Source of the DNA: a virus
Taxonomy: Duplodnaviria; Caudoviricetes
Direction: 5' to 3' (one strand)
Virus record (IMG/VR): IMGVR_UViG_3300027863_000112
Location: 1-33,038 of that record
Length of the DNA stretch: 33,038 nucleotides
In this document: positions 8,049-17,341 of the stretch, piece after piece
Layout of the letters: each line of letters begins with the position of its first letter
Position numbering within the stretch: position 1 is the stretch's first letter
Position numbers and translations under genes: made by a program
The notes under the pieces: model-generated
Database searches by the model: none
The model's input: the letters and a program-made list of their open reading frames with translations, nothing else
Told to the model about the DNA's origin: nothing

Positions 8049-8542
8049 CCGCAACGAAGAAAGGCACGATATTAGACTTATTCTTTATTGCTATCGTCTT
8101 AATCGTCGTCATGATAGCGGTTATATTATCATTCCATACGTTTAATACAATCCTTGGCGCCTTGCAATCTTCTGAGAATTTTAACAACGGGGAGTTAAAC
8201 ATCACGTCGCAAAGCGTGCAAACCATCGCTAACTTCAACTATCTAATGCTATTTATTTGGGTTGGTGTCGGCGTTGCTTCGGTTGTTTCGGCGTTTGCAG
8301 TCCGCACACATCCCATCTTTTTTGTTTTCTTCTTATTGCTCCAGGTTCTACTGCTTGCGATTCTTCCGATGTTTCAAGACGCTTATAATGCTATCTCATC
8401 CAATCCTTCCTTTTCTTCATCGGTCACGTATTTTAATTGGTTCGCCGTGATTATTTCAAACCTTCCAATTATCACGTTGGCGCTGTCCGTTCTGGTGGCG
8501 CTCGCGATGTTTGCACTGCCAAGCGGTGGGGGTTATGGATAA
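8027..8542 (+). CDS. Four-helix membrane protein with class III (prepilin-type) signal-like N-terminus; possible minor capsid protein
   Basis: KKG|TILDLFFIAIVLIVV start, two hydrophobic hairpins, NIT sequon in the first loop. Confidence 0.65.
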   Translation: MEKRSYLTATKKGTILDLFFIAIVLIVVMIAVILSFHTFNTILGALQSSENFNNGELNITSQSVQTIANFNYLMLFIWVGVGVASVVSAFAVRTHPIFFVFFLLLQVLLLAILPMFQDAYNAISSNPSFSSSVTYFNWFAVIISNLPIITLALSVLVALAMFALPSGGGYG

Positions 8543-11039
8543 TAAATTAATTTTTCTTGGCGTTTTGTTGCTTGCTGCCGTAGTCTTTGCACAGACAAAC
8601 ATTACAGCCTGCGGCACGTATTCAACTAATAACGAAGTCTACGTTATCACACAAGACTTAACAGCAAATAATGCGAACTGCTTAACGTTTAATGGGACTA
8701 ATCAGACGATTAACGGGCAATGGCACACTCTCTGGGTTACAAACGAGGCGGGCTTGCATGCAGTGGTGACTATTTCGGGGAATAATATTACATTTGAAAA
8801 CGCAACAATCACGGGCGGATGTTGGGGGGTTTTGTTCTATAGTTCTTCTGCTAATATCAGAAACCTAGACGTCAGCGGGCAAGTTACACAAATAGGCTGC
8901 GCGGGTATATCCATACCTTCGTCGAATGTCTCAGCGAATCTTACAACGATTTATGTTCATGAGACTAATACTATTAACGCGATATCATCAGCGAGCACGG
9001 CATCAGGGCAAATATTGAACTTCACCAACGTCGTTGCAGAAAGTCCGAATTACGGTTTAGATATGGAGGCGACAAGTTCGACGTTTATAGATGGCGGATA
9101 TAATTATTGGGCTAACTGCACGGGTTCCTGCTCGTGGTATACAATCACACGCACGACTAACGAAATATGCCAAGAAGATACTTGTGCGCTTTCTTCGCAT
9201 CCAGACACTAATTACGGGACAGCGACACAAGAGCCAAACGATGGGTCGACAGGAGACCGTAGGGACTTCTTCCGTCACTGCCGCAATTTATCTATGCCAC
9301 CTGGTCGTGTTATTAGTTCCATCGTCCTCTGGTTTTATGGAGGCGGCTATTGTCCTGATGGGACTACTTACGATTACCTAATAGACCTGGATGGCTCAAA
9401 GATGGGCTGGAGCGAAAACACCACAACATGGAACAACCAACCTAATAATTGGCCGACAGTCGGCACTAATCTAAATTTGGCTTGTGGGTATCATTGGGTT
9501 AGTCTTAACTATCCAATTGATTATAATAATGAGGTTCTTTATAAAGATAATTATGGCTTGTATTCCTTTTCAAGAACTAAAGGGGTTTATTTTCATGAAA
9601 ACGGAACTTATGCGCCTTACCGCCAACTAACTTGGCGTTATGCCTGCGGCAACTATAATAAGAACATTGTTTACTCTTGCAACCTATCCAGCTGCAACGC
9701 GACAATATGGAAACAGATACTTACAACACCGGGCGCGGTATATTGCTCGGTTTCAATACCTAACAATGCAAGCATTGCAATATATAACTTAACATCGGGG
9801 CAAAGTCTTAACCCCACGCTTATTTATGACGCCTACAATTCTACTTATAACTGGGTCTCGTTCGCGGTGTCGGCATATCAATTTTATAATGTTGTAAGCA
9901 CGCAGATAATGGATAAAATAATCGTAGACACAGTATGTCCCATAGGTTTCTCTGACGTTTATAGTATCTCGTTTTTGGATGAGTCCAACAACGTGGCAAC
10001 GCAAGGAAACGCAACGTTAGTTTTTGTAGGCAATAACCTCAACCTGACTAAAACAGTTAGCAATGTCTCCAATTTCAAAATTTGTTTATATCCGGATTTT
10101 CACGGGCAGGCTAGCACCACGATAACATACAATGGCGCTAATTACGCAACGCGTAATTATTACATCACATTTGACGAGAACTCCAGCGGGTCAATAACGT
10201 TATACCAAATCCCTGCCTCCGTAGCGTCATATATCACTTTCAAGACGCAAAACCAATTCGCCCAACCTCTTAAAAACAGGAAGCAATATTATATGCGTTA
10301 TTTCATTTCTGATAACACTTATAAACTCGTTGCTATGGGTATAACGGACGACGACGGGTTTTATACTGCGCCGCTCTTCACGAATGATGGCTCGGCAGTT
10401 TATAAAATTATATCTTATGCTGAGGACGGAACAACAATAGAAAAAACATTTTCTAAGGAAACGGTATACTGCACAGCAGGGCAAGCCTGCGAGCATTACC
10501 TTATCATTTCAAGCACGCAAGAACTGCCAGAATACTGGATAAGTTACTATGGCAAAGTTATTTATAATTGCACTGACGACATGGCAAATAAACAAATCTC
10601 TTGCACTTATACAGACAGCAGCGGCGAGTCGCATACGTTCGACTTGCAACTCTTCCGTCTTGGGCTCGGAAATCCTGTTAGTCTCTGTAATACCTCCTCA
10701 ACAAGCGCGGCAGCGACGCTTACCTGCACGATTAGCGAAAACACGACAGGCAACATCTACGCATGGCGGTTCACACGACATAGCGAACAGACGATAATTA
10801 CTAATGGGCTCTGGGACTACCGAGAAGCAGCGTTTAAAATGGCTGGTCTTGGCGTTTCGTTGCTTATTCTTGCTGCAAGCTTCGCAATAGGGTTATTTAA
10901 TCCTGCTGCCGCCGTGATTTTTGGGTCAATTGGCTTAATCATGAGTAACTTGATGGGGCTTATCCAAATTGATATAACGGCAATTGCTGGCGTGGTGTTG
11001 GTAGCGGTGTTCCTGGCGTGGAGGTTTTCATCAAGGTGA
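8535..11039 (+). CDS. Large secreted, C-terminally membrane-anchored glycoprotein (adhesin/spike, SSV1 VP4-like architecture)
   Basis: Signal peptide MDNKLIFLGVLLLAAVVFA, beta-helix-like N-terminal repeats, many N-x-S/T sequons and Cys, three C-terminal TM helices. Confidence 0.8.
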   Translation: MDNKLIFLGVLLLAAVVFAQTNITACGTYSTNNEVYVITQDLTANNANCLTFNGTNQTINGQWHTLWVTNEAGLHAVVTISGNNITFENATITGGCWGVLFYSSSANIRNLDVSGQVTQIGCAGISIPSSNVSANLTTIYVHETNTINAISSASTASGQILNFTNVVAESPNYGLDMEATSSTFIDGGYNYWANCTGSCSWYTITRTTNEICQEDTCALSSHPDTNYGTATQEPNDGSTGDRRDFFRHCRNLSMPPGRVISSIVLWFYGGGYCPDGTTYDYLIDLDGSKMGWSENTTTWNNQPNNWPTVGTNLNLACGYHWVSLNYPIDYNNEVLYKDNYGLYSFSRTKGVYFHENGTYAPYRQLTWRYACGNYNKNIVYSCNLSSCNATIWKQILTTPGAVYCSVSIPNNASIAIYNLTSGQSLNPTLIYDAYNSTYNWVSFAVSAYQFYNVVSTQIMDKIIVDTVCPIGFSDVYSISFLDESNNVATQGNATLVFVGNNLNLTKTVSNVSNFKICLYPDFHGQASTTITYNGANYATRNYYITFDENSSGSITLYQIPASVASYITFKTQNQFAQPLKNRKQYYMRYFISDNTYKLVAMGITDDDGFYTAPLFTNDGSAVYKIISYAEDGTTIEKTFSKETVYCTAGQACEHYLIISSTQELPEYWISYYGKVIYNCTDDMANKQISCTYTDSSGESHTFDLQLFRLGLGNPVSLCNTSSTSAAATLTCTISENTTGNIYAWRFTRHSEQTIITNGLWDYREAAFKMAGLGVSLLILAASFAIGLFNPAAAVIFGSIGLIMSNLMGLIQIDITAIAGVVLVAVFLAWRFSSR

Positions 11040-11043
11040 TAAA

Positions 11044-11493
11044 GTGGACGGAGAAATCAGCGGGTTGGTGTTCGCAGCGCTGGCGGTGTTTGTTGCTATC
11101 GTTGCATTAACTGGATTCATGAGCAGTTTATCCATATCCTATAACGTTTCTACGACGGCAGATGTCCAAAATCTCATTACCACGGCGAATACATCTACGC
11201 AAAACATCGCGTCATTTGTTAATTCCTCATCGGGGCAGATAACTCAAAATGATTACGGCGGGGGCGTCTCGTTCCTTTGGCTAACGTCAGGCGCCTTAAC
11301 GACCATCGCAAACATAATTACCAGCCTCCCAAGTGTTCTTTATGCTCTCTTCGTGGCGTTTGTTAATGCAATCTCTATACCATTGGGCATTTCTCCCGCG
11401 CTCTCTGGGTTGGTGGTTAGCATAGTCTATACCGCAGTCCTTGCGACGTTCCTATTCGCTGTGTTATATGCCTTAATCAAGGTGAAACTGTGA
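11044..11493 (+). CDS. Membrane protein (about 3 TM, glycosylation sequons)
   Basis: Hydrophobic helices; NVS, NTS and NSS sequons; SD AGGTGA. Confidence 0.7.
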   Translation: MDGEISGLVFAALAVFVAIVALTGFMSSLSISYNVSTTADVQNLITTANTSTQNIASFVNSSSGQITQNDYGGGVSFLWLTSGALTTIANIITSLPSVLYALFVAFVNAISIPLGISPALSGLVVSIVYTAVLATFLFAVLYALIKVKL

Positions 11494-11759
11494 CTTATAA
11501 CTATTCAACGTTTAATGACCTGCTGATAAGTGCAAACACTACAACAGGAGGGCTTTATGGCGCAATCCTTCCGTTCGTGATTTTTTTAATTGTATATGGC
11601 TATACGAGCATCTGGGGATTCAAGAAGGCGTTTGCAACTGCGAGCTTTCTATCGTTCTTGTTCGCTGCTCCATTGTTCGCTTTAGGCATCTTATCGGGTT
11701 GGATTTTCACGATTCTATTAGTTTTAACGCTTATTGGCGTGTTCCTAAACGTCAGGTGA
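11490..11759 (+). CDS. Small 3-TM membrane protein
   Basis: 89 aa, highly hydrophobic, GTGA overlap with the previous gene. Confidence 0.7.
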   Translation: MTYNYSTFNDLLISANTTTGGLYGAILPFVIFLIVYGYTSIWGFKKAFATASFLSFLFAAPLFALGILSGWIFTILLVLTLIGVFLNVR

Positions 11760-11763
11760 TAGA

Positions 11764-12171
11764 ATGTTAGAGGGCGCAATAGTAGCGACGGTAATTTTGG
11801 CTGCCTTTGCTTTGGCTATTCCGCGCGATAGGGATTTTTTGAAAAATCTTTTTTTCTTCGCTTCGCTTCTATCTCTTCTGTTAGTATTTGACCAGTCAAT
11901 GACCGCAGAAAAAGCGGGGGCGTGGTATGTCTCTGGAATAACGGAAAACTGCACGGCTTGGAACTCTACAACCTGCGCAACATGGGAGAAGACATATGCC
12001 TATATCCAGCAACCTGCAACGTGGAACACCGCGACATGGGACACGTTTTACGTCGTAATTATTCTGACTATCGTATTGGCAATGATTTATGTCGTGATTA
12101 TGCTAATAAATAATATGTTACAAGCGATGGCCTCGGCATGGGATAAAATAAGAGGCGTGGAAAATGAATAA
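11764..12171 (+). CDS. Membrane protein (3 TM)
   Basis: Hydrophobic helices flank a Cys/sequon loop (ENCTAWNSTTC). SD AGGTGA. Confidence 0.7.
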   Translation: MLEGAIVATVILAAFALAIPRDRDFLKNLFFFASLLSLLLVFDQSMTAEKAGAWYVSGITENCTAWNSTTCATWEKTYAYIQQPATWNTATWDTFYVVIILTIVLAMIYVVIMLINNMLQAMASAWDKIRGVENE

Positions 12172-12370
12172 CAAGCGCACGCGCATAATCCGAGTTTCGG
12201 AAGAATTCGCGGCACAAGTAGACGAATTAGCAAGAACGAGCGGCTTATCACGAGTGGAAATAACGCGCTTATTGTTAGAACAGCGAGGTTTAGAAGAAAT
12301 GATACAAAAAGCGATGCAAGAAAATATACGGAAAGAAAAACGGAAGGTTTTGGAGTGGAGCCCTATTTAG
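12164..12370 (+). CDS. Ribbon-helix-helix (CopG/Arc-like) regulator
   Basis: TRIIRVSEEFAAQVDELARTSGLSRVEITRLLL fits the RHH pattern. Confidence 0.75.
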   Translation: MNNKRTRIIRVSEEFAAQVDELARTSGLSRVEITRLLLEQRGLEEMIQKAMQENIRKEKRKVLEWSPI

Positions 12371-12428
12371 GGGTGGTTCAAAATGTCTTCCGTCTCCGCG
12401 ACCTAATGGCAGTAAGTAGCGGAAGAGG

Positions 12429-12444
12429 CCGAAAGATTTAAATA
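12429..12444 (+). promoter_or_regulatory. BRE-TATA promoter of the recombinase (leaderless)
   Basis: CCGAAAGATTTAAATA, about 24 nt before ATG 12468. Confidence 0.6.
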
Positions 12445-12467
12445 TGCCTTGGCACTGAAGTCCTATT

Positions 12468-13085
12468 ATGCCTGAAAATGGGAAGCAACAAGAAAACAAG
12501 AAGTGGGGGCGTTATGACTGGAAATATACAAGCGGGCGCATGGCATTAACTCGCGAAGAAATCCATCGTATGCTTTCCTTGATTAACTCGGTCTATGATG
12601 AGGCGCTTATTAAGTTGGCATTGGCGACTGGGATAAGACGCGAGGATATCGTCAGGATAGAGTTACAGAACATAGACTGGGAGCATGGCATTATCAGATT
12701 CTGGGAAGAGAAGAAAAACAGAGAATGGCGGGTATTTGTAGATGAGGCGACGCTTGCAGTGCTGCAAAAACACGTTGAGGTCAATTGCAGACCTTACCGA
12801 ACTAAATATTTATTCCCTGCCATGCGCGGGGACAGAACGAGGAACCACCTAAGTGGGCGTGGCGCATATGGAAAATTCCAGGAGGCGCTTAAACGCGCAG
12901 GACTGGAACCGCGACCATTTCACACGCTCCGCGCAACATTCATTAAAAACGCCTGGGCTGCTGGCTGGACTCCAGCGCAGATAATGGAACAGACGGGCGA
13001 CACATTAGAAACCATCCAATTACATTATGCCACTCCAACCGCTGCCGAAATGGCAGGGGTGGTTAAAGAAAAAAAGATTTTTTAA
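12468..13085 (+). CDS. Tyrosine recombinase/integrase, catalytic domain only
   Basis: TGIRRED (R), EKK (K), HTLR, TGD..TIQLHY (Y); 205 aa. Confidence 0.9.
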   Translation: MPENGKQQENKKWGRYDWKYTSGRMALTREEIHRMLSLINSVYDEALIKLALATGIRREDIVRIELQNIDWEHGIIRFWEEKKNREWRVFVDEATLAVLQKHVEVNCRPYRTKYLFPAMRGDRTRNHLSGRGAYGKFQEALKRAGLEPRPFHTLRATFIKNAWAAGWTPAQIMEQTGDTLETIQLHYATPTAAEMAGVVKEKKIF

Positions 13086-13097
13086 GAGGAGGATAAA

Positions 13098-13331
13098 ATG
13101 AAAGTAGATAAGGCGAAGATGTGGGAAATGAAGCAAGCAGGTAAGAGCGTGCGCGAAATCGCGGACGCGTTCCACGTCAAGGTTTCGACGGTGAATGTCT
13201 ACCTCTGGCAGATGGAGCGCGAGAAAGCAAAGACACAGGCGCAGGCAACACAGGCACAAGCACAAGAGCAGGAGCAGGAAAAGACAGACACGGATAAGGC
13301 GTCCTTACCTAACGCTGGGGTGATTGCATGA
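13098..13331 (+). CDS. HTH DNA-binding protein
   Basis: GKSVREIADAFHVKVSTVNVYL; SD GAGGAGG. Confidence 0.75.
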   Translation: MKVDKAKMWEMKQAGKSVREIADAFHVKVSTVNVYLWQMEREKAKTQAQATQAQAQEQEQEKTDTDKASLPNAGVIA

Positions 13332-13480
13332 AAATCTCTTATATCTGCCCATTGTGCAGCAAAGAGCTGCCTATAACGCTTAACATCTTAGAACACTGCC
13401 AAACAGAACATGCCGAAATCTTCCAGCGCTACCCTAACCCGTTATGCCCACGCGAAAATCTGGTTTTCAAAGTGGATTAA
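13328..13480 (+). CDS. C2H2 zinc-finger protein (50 aa, not in ORF track)
   Basis: MKISYICPLCSKELPITLNILEHCQTEH = Cx2Cx12Hx4H. ATGA overlap upstream; stop abuts the next ATG. Confidence 0.75.
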   Translation: MKISYICPLCSKELPITLNILEHCQTEHAEIFQRYPNPLCPRENLVFKVD

Positions 13481-14032
13481 ATGCGATATCCTACCGATTA
13501 TGACGAAGAAGAGCGGGGGGCGCCTTCACCGCACCCTGCGTCTACTTATTTTATGCCACATCAAAACGAGCCTTCCACAGTGCGCTTCCTCGCAAATACA
13601 CGAGACATCTACGACAGTTTTGAGCGCCACTTAGGCGGATGGGTGCAGACATTTGATGAGAATGGCAACAAAACATGGAAGAAAGTCCAAGAGCCACTTT
13701 GCAATGAGCGCGGGCGGGCGTGGCTGCGGGCAAGCCTGGAACTCTCAACTTCGCGCATAATGACGCTCTCAAATTTTAACGAGGCAAGGATTAGAGCCGC
13801 GACGTGGACGGAGGGGTTAGTTGTTGCTGACCACCTCGCAAAAAACATGAATGAATATGGGATAACGTTGGGCAGTATTGACCAAATCTTCCACCTCTAT
13901 CTGAAAATCGCAGAAAGCGCATTTAGGCGGACGCTTAACGACGCTGAACGTAAGCATATTTTCGGAAGTGTGCAAGAAACGAGTACGCCGCAAGACAACA
14001 AAATCTTCGGCGTGTTCCCAAGACTGTGGTGA
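13481..14032 (+). CDS. Hypothetical protein of the ATPase operon
   Basis: 183 aa, tightly packed in the operon. Confidence 0.7.
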   Translation: MRYPTDYDEEERGAPSPHPASTYFMPHQNEPSTVRFLANTRDIYDSFERHLGGWVQTFDENGNKTWKKVQEPLCNERGRAWLRASLELSTSRIMTLSNFNEARIRAATWTEGLVVADHLAKNMNEYGITLGSIDQIFHLYLKIAESAFRRTLNDAERKHIFGSVQETSTPQDNKIFGVFPRLW

Positions 14033-14036
14033 TCAA

Positions 14037-14675
14037 ATGGATGGAACATTATTAGTTATGGGTTTGTTGGCGGTAATTTTCATCGGCGCCATCATATTCC
14101 TCTACAAAAAACGAATGTGGATTTTTTACTGGGTCGGCGCAAAACCTGCGCCTCTGGTCTATAACAACGAAGGTGGGCGATTGGTGCCTTTACCTTTCGC
14201 CGATTTCTTCCGCGAAACTCATGAAAACGGGAAAACGTACTGGGAAAGCAGAACATTTCGCGACAAATTTCCAGCGGACCACCTGCGAACGCATATTCGC
14301 TACATCAGGCGAAAAAGATTTGGTCTTATCCCTTATGAAACGCTAGAAATCCTTCCGCTCATTCGCAGCGCCCCGAATTCGTGGGCCCGTGTGGACGTAA
14401 GGATGGATGGCAACGCAACGCCATTAATTGAAGACATTCGCACGCTCAAATACGCGCAGGCGAGTATGGCAGAAATCATGAAGAACTACTTTTCAGATAA
14501 CCTGTTAGAAAAATACGTCCCGCTCGTCTCTGCGCTTATCCTCGCCGTGGTCTTCCTTGTGGGTCTGTATTTGATGATCAACGCTACCAGCGCGCACATC
14601 ACAGCAATGAATGCGAACACGGACGCAATGCTCAAATTAGCGAATGCGACGTTAAACGCAACAGGCAAAATTTAA
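14037..14675 (+). CDS. Membrane protein with N- and C-terminal TM helices
   Basis: LLVMGLLAVIFIGAIIFLY and VPLVSALILAVVFLVGLYLMI. Start reassigned using SD GGTGA. Confidence 0.7.
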   Translation: MDGTLLVMGLLAVIFIGAIIFLYKKRMWIFYWVGAKPAPLVYNNEGGRLVPLPFADFFRETHENGKTYWESRTFRDKFPADHLRTHIRYIRRKRFGLIPYETLEILPLIRSAPNSWARVDVRMDGNATPLIEDIRTLKYAQASMAEIMKNYFSDNLLEKYVPLVSALILAVVFLVGLYLMINATSAHITAMNANTDAMLKLANATLNATGKI

Positions 14676-14721
14676 GGAGATGGGGTTTTTAGCATGGCGG
14701 GGTAGGGTTAGAGGGGTAAAA

Positions 14722-15228
14722 ATGGTTGAAGATGGAAAAATCACCGAATATGCACATAAGGATGCCTTCATGATTGAATACATGCGTCACGACCTCGCGC
14801 TCCGAAACTATCTAAAATTTTCTTTTTCACGCCATCCCCTCGCAGTCATCAATGAGCCGAGCCTCCTTTTTGCATATGTTGAAGTCCTTAATGACGTCTG
14901 GGACGAGTTTAGACCTTTCTTCCACGCCGAGAGCGAGCAAATCATCACAGACAAGGACATAGAAGAGTTGGAAAACGAAGCGTTCAACCTTTACAACGCC
15001 ATTACGATGGAAAAAATGAACAACCAAGGCGTCTCAATGCCACTTTTTGAGAAAATCCGCGATTTCTTCAGTAAGGGGCGTGATATCTATCGCCGAATTA
15101 GAGTTTTGAGGCAACTTAAAGGGCTTGGTCTGCGAATGAAAAAGAAAATTACGGACGAGGAGCGTGGGCAGTATATCGCAATGTATGCAGGCGAAAAAGA
15201 AAAGGAGGAAGAAAAGGAGGAGGATTAA
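14722..15228 (+). CDS. Hypothetical helical protein
   Basis: Open frame; SD GAGGGGT before ATG 14722; acidic tail. Confidence 0.6.
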   Translation: MVEDGKITEYAHKDAFMIEYMRHDLALRNYLKFSFSRHPLAVINEPSLLFAYVEVLNDVWDEFRPFFHAESEQIITDKDIEELENEAFNLYNAITMEKMNNQGVSMPLFEKIRDFFSKGRDIYRRIRVLRQLKGLGLRMKKKITDEERGQYIAMYAGEKEKEEEKEED

Positions 15229-15229
15229 G

Positions 15230-16204
15230 ATGCTGCCAATTGAAAAAGAGCGGCTGATGGAACGCCTTGGCGCGAGGACGTGGAACGTGGGCGTCCTTGC
15301 AGAGTTCTGCAAGGCACGGCAAAAGAATCAATACGATTTTACCATCGTTATTTCAGGCTGGAAGGGAACAGGAAAAAGCACGCTCGCTTACCAACTCGCT
15401 AAAGCGATAGACCCGAATTTTTCGTTAGAGCGGAATATCTGTATTAGCCCTGACGCCTTGGACATCATCGCACAAATTGAAAAGATGGAAAAGAACTGTG
15501 CGGTCGTTTTGGACGAGGCCATCGGAGCGCTATATATAGAAAATTGGGCAGAAGCAGAACAGAAGGCATTTCACCAATACGTTAATCAGTTGCAACGTAA
15601 GGGAAAATACGCCGTCGTGATTAACTGCATCCCGTCGCTCGCTGACCTGCGCGGCGTTTATCTACGTTCGGCTGTAGACCTTGTTATCCATCTTTTCGCG
15701 CCACACCGCGGAATCGGTGCGATACTTCTCCGCAACCCCACACCTGTCACACAAGACCCGTTCCAACTCCAGTATTTAGCTCGGCGTTGGGAAGTGAGCG
15801 CAAACTACGAAGGACGTTATAACTCGGCGGCGCAGTATGACCTCGTGTTTCAAAAGTCCGTTTTCTTTTCTCATCCTTGCTTCCAGGCATTTATCCGTTT
15901 CGAAAAATTGCCTGACGCCGAATATAACGCCTATCTCGATTTTTGGGACGCACACCGTGCGGAAATCAACCGAAAAATCCAAGAGCGCGCCCTGACGGCG
16001 AAACTGCTGCGCGAGAAGAAGCGGGCGGTTCTCTATGTTTGTAAGGCGCACGGAGAAGTCGCTTGCAAGGAGTGCAAGCTGCTCTATCCGCTTGATGATA
16101 AGGAACATTGGGAGTTTAGGGAGGACTTGCTAGAGGCTATGTTTTTTAGACCAAAACTAACGAAAGATTTAAAAAAGGATGGTATGGAAGACCGAAAGAT
16201 TTAA
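15230..16204 (+). CDS. P-loop ATPase, probable virion assembly/packaging ATPase (SSV1 B251/Zot-like)
   Basis: Walker A GWKGTGKS, Walker B VVLDEA, QLQRK...INCIP, C-terminal CKAH..CKEC Zn motif. Confidence 0.8.
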   Translation: MLPIEKERLMERLGARTWNVGVLAEFCKARQKNQYDFTIVISGWKGTGKSTLAYQLAKAIDPNFSLERNICISPDALDIIAQIEKMEKNCAVVLDEAIGALYIENWAEAEQKAFHQYVNQLQRKGKYAVVINCIPSLADLRGVYLRSAVDLVIHLFAPHRGIGAILLRNPTPVTQDPFQLQYLARRWEVSANYEGRYNSAAQYDLVFQKSVFFSHPCFQAFIRFEKLPDAEYNAYLDFWDAHRAEINRKIQERALTAKLLREKKRAVLYVCKAHGEVACKECKLLYPLDDKEHWEFREDLLEAMFFRPKLTKDLKKDGMEDRKI

Positions 16205-16241
16205 AAATGAGTATTTAAAGGTTTCGGTGAAGATTTAAAAA
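16165..16241. repeat. Cluster of AGATTTAAAAA repeats and a 15-8-15 inverted repeat
   Basis: AGATTTAAAAA at 16165, 16197, 16231 (and 16621). ACCGAAAGATTTAAA-AATGAGTA-TTTAAAGGTTTCGGT at 16191-16228. Confidence 0.75.
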
Positions 16242-16253
16242 CGAGGTGGAGAT

Positions 16254-16622
16254 ATGAGAATAGGAAAAAATTTAAAGTTTTGGCTGGACGGAATAATTAA
16301 TAAAGAAATTATGGGATTTGAGAAATACTTTTTTTATATCGGCGTCGGTTCTTTGGTGTTCGGGGTTATATTTGCAGATGTTAACGCGCTCCTTATATCA
16401 TTTTTAAATTTTTTTATGATGCCGCTCGGGGAACTTATAGATAAAAGTAATAAATTTAGGCTTACGGCGCTGTCATTTGGTGGGTTGATAGTTAGCTGTA
16501 TTGGTGGGTGGGGTTTAGGTGGTTTAGGCGATATTACATCAATGCCTACGATTACAGCAATAACACTTTTAATATTGGGAGTATTGATTACCACTTTTAG
16601 CTTTAGCATGTCAAAAGCATAG
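16254..16622 (+). CDS. AT-rich 4-TM membrane protein
   Basis: Hydrophobic helices, SD GAGGTGG, visibly lower GC than its neighbours. Confidence 0.65.
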   Translation: MRIGKNLKFWLDGIINKEIMGFEKYFFYIGVGSLVFGVIFADVNALLISFLNFFMMPLGELIDKSNKFRLTALSFGGLIVSCIGGWGLGGLGDITSMPTITAITLLILGVLITTFSFSMSKA

Positions 16623-16639
16623 ATTTAAAAAGGGATAAC

Positions 16640-17164
16640 ATGGAGGATTGGGAAGTCGCCGTTGTTGTGGTAATGGTATTCGGCGCGATGGCGATTACGA
16701 ATTGGCGTTATTTCGCCTCGGCATCCGATACGTCAACGTCTCTCGTGCTTTCATTATGGAACTCGGGCTCATTAGTTCCAACTCCAACACTCCAACCGAC
16801 GCCAACTACTACGACAACACCAACACCTACGCCGACACCTACACCAGCACCGACTGCAACACCAACGCCACAGCCAACTGAGACCCCAACATCTACCCCG
16901 TCACCAGAACCAACGCCTACACCAACGCCAACGCCTGCATGGATGGCGCAGGGCTTTATCTGCGAGGTTCCCGATGAGTTGCTTAATGAACGTTGGGCGC
17001 AGGAATATAAGTTTAGTTGCGCCTGCATCATTCGGGGAAAGTATGACCTCGGCGCGTGGTTCAACGTTTGGCAGGCGTGTTATTCTTCCTCACAAGTTGC
17101 ATGGCGTCGTGAAAGCTGCGAATGCGTCGCGCAGATTTGCGAGGTTAGACGTGATTTATGTTAG
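16640..17164 (+). CDS. Surface protein: TM/signal, Pro-Thr linker, Cys-rich domain
   Basis: PT repeat at about 16778-16939; seven Cys in the C-terminal part. Confidence 0.7.
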   Translation: MEDWEVAVVVVMVFGAMAITNWRYFASASDTSTSLVLSLWNSGSLVPTPTLQPTPTTTTTPTPTPTPTPAPTATPTPQPTETPTSTPSPEPTPTPTPTPAWMAQGFICEVPDELLNERWAQEYKFSCACIIRGKYDLGAWFNVWQACYSSSQVAWRRESCECVAQICEVRRDLC

Positions 17165-17341
17165 ACTACTCAAAAATGAATAGTTACTCATGGATGAGTT
17201 GCATGGGAGAAGCAGGCGGAGCAGAAAACTGGTCGCCTTGCACTCGCCGACGTGTAGCGCGATGGCTATCACGAACCACCCTCCGAGTGCTCGGTCTAAT
17301 TCTGCATATCCGTTCGCTTCTTCATTTTTTCAGGCGGAACT

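Noticed and set aside
12371-12467. Possible tRNA fragment or attP upstream of the recombinase (GGTTCAAA, TCTTCCG/CGGAAGA stem)
   Set aside because: No cloverleaf or T-arm pairing, and no second copy in the window.
16708-17064. Gly-Val repeat ORF on the minus strand
   Set aside because: Mirror of the Pro-Thr linker of 16640-17164.
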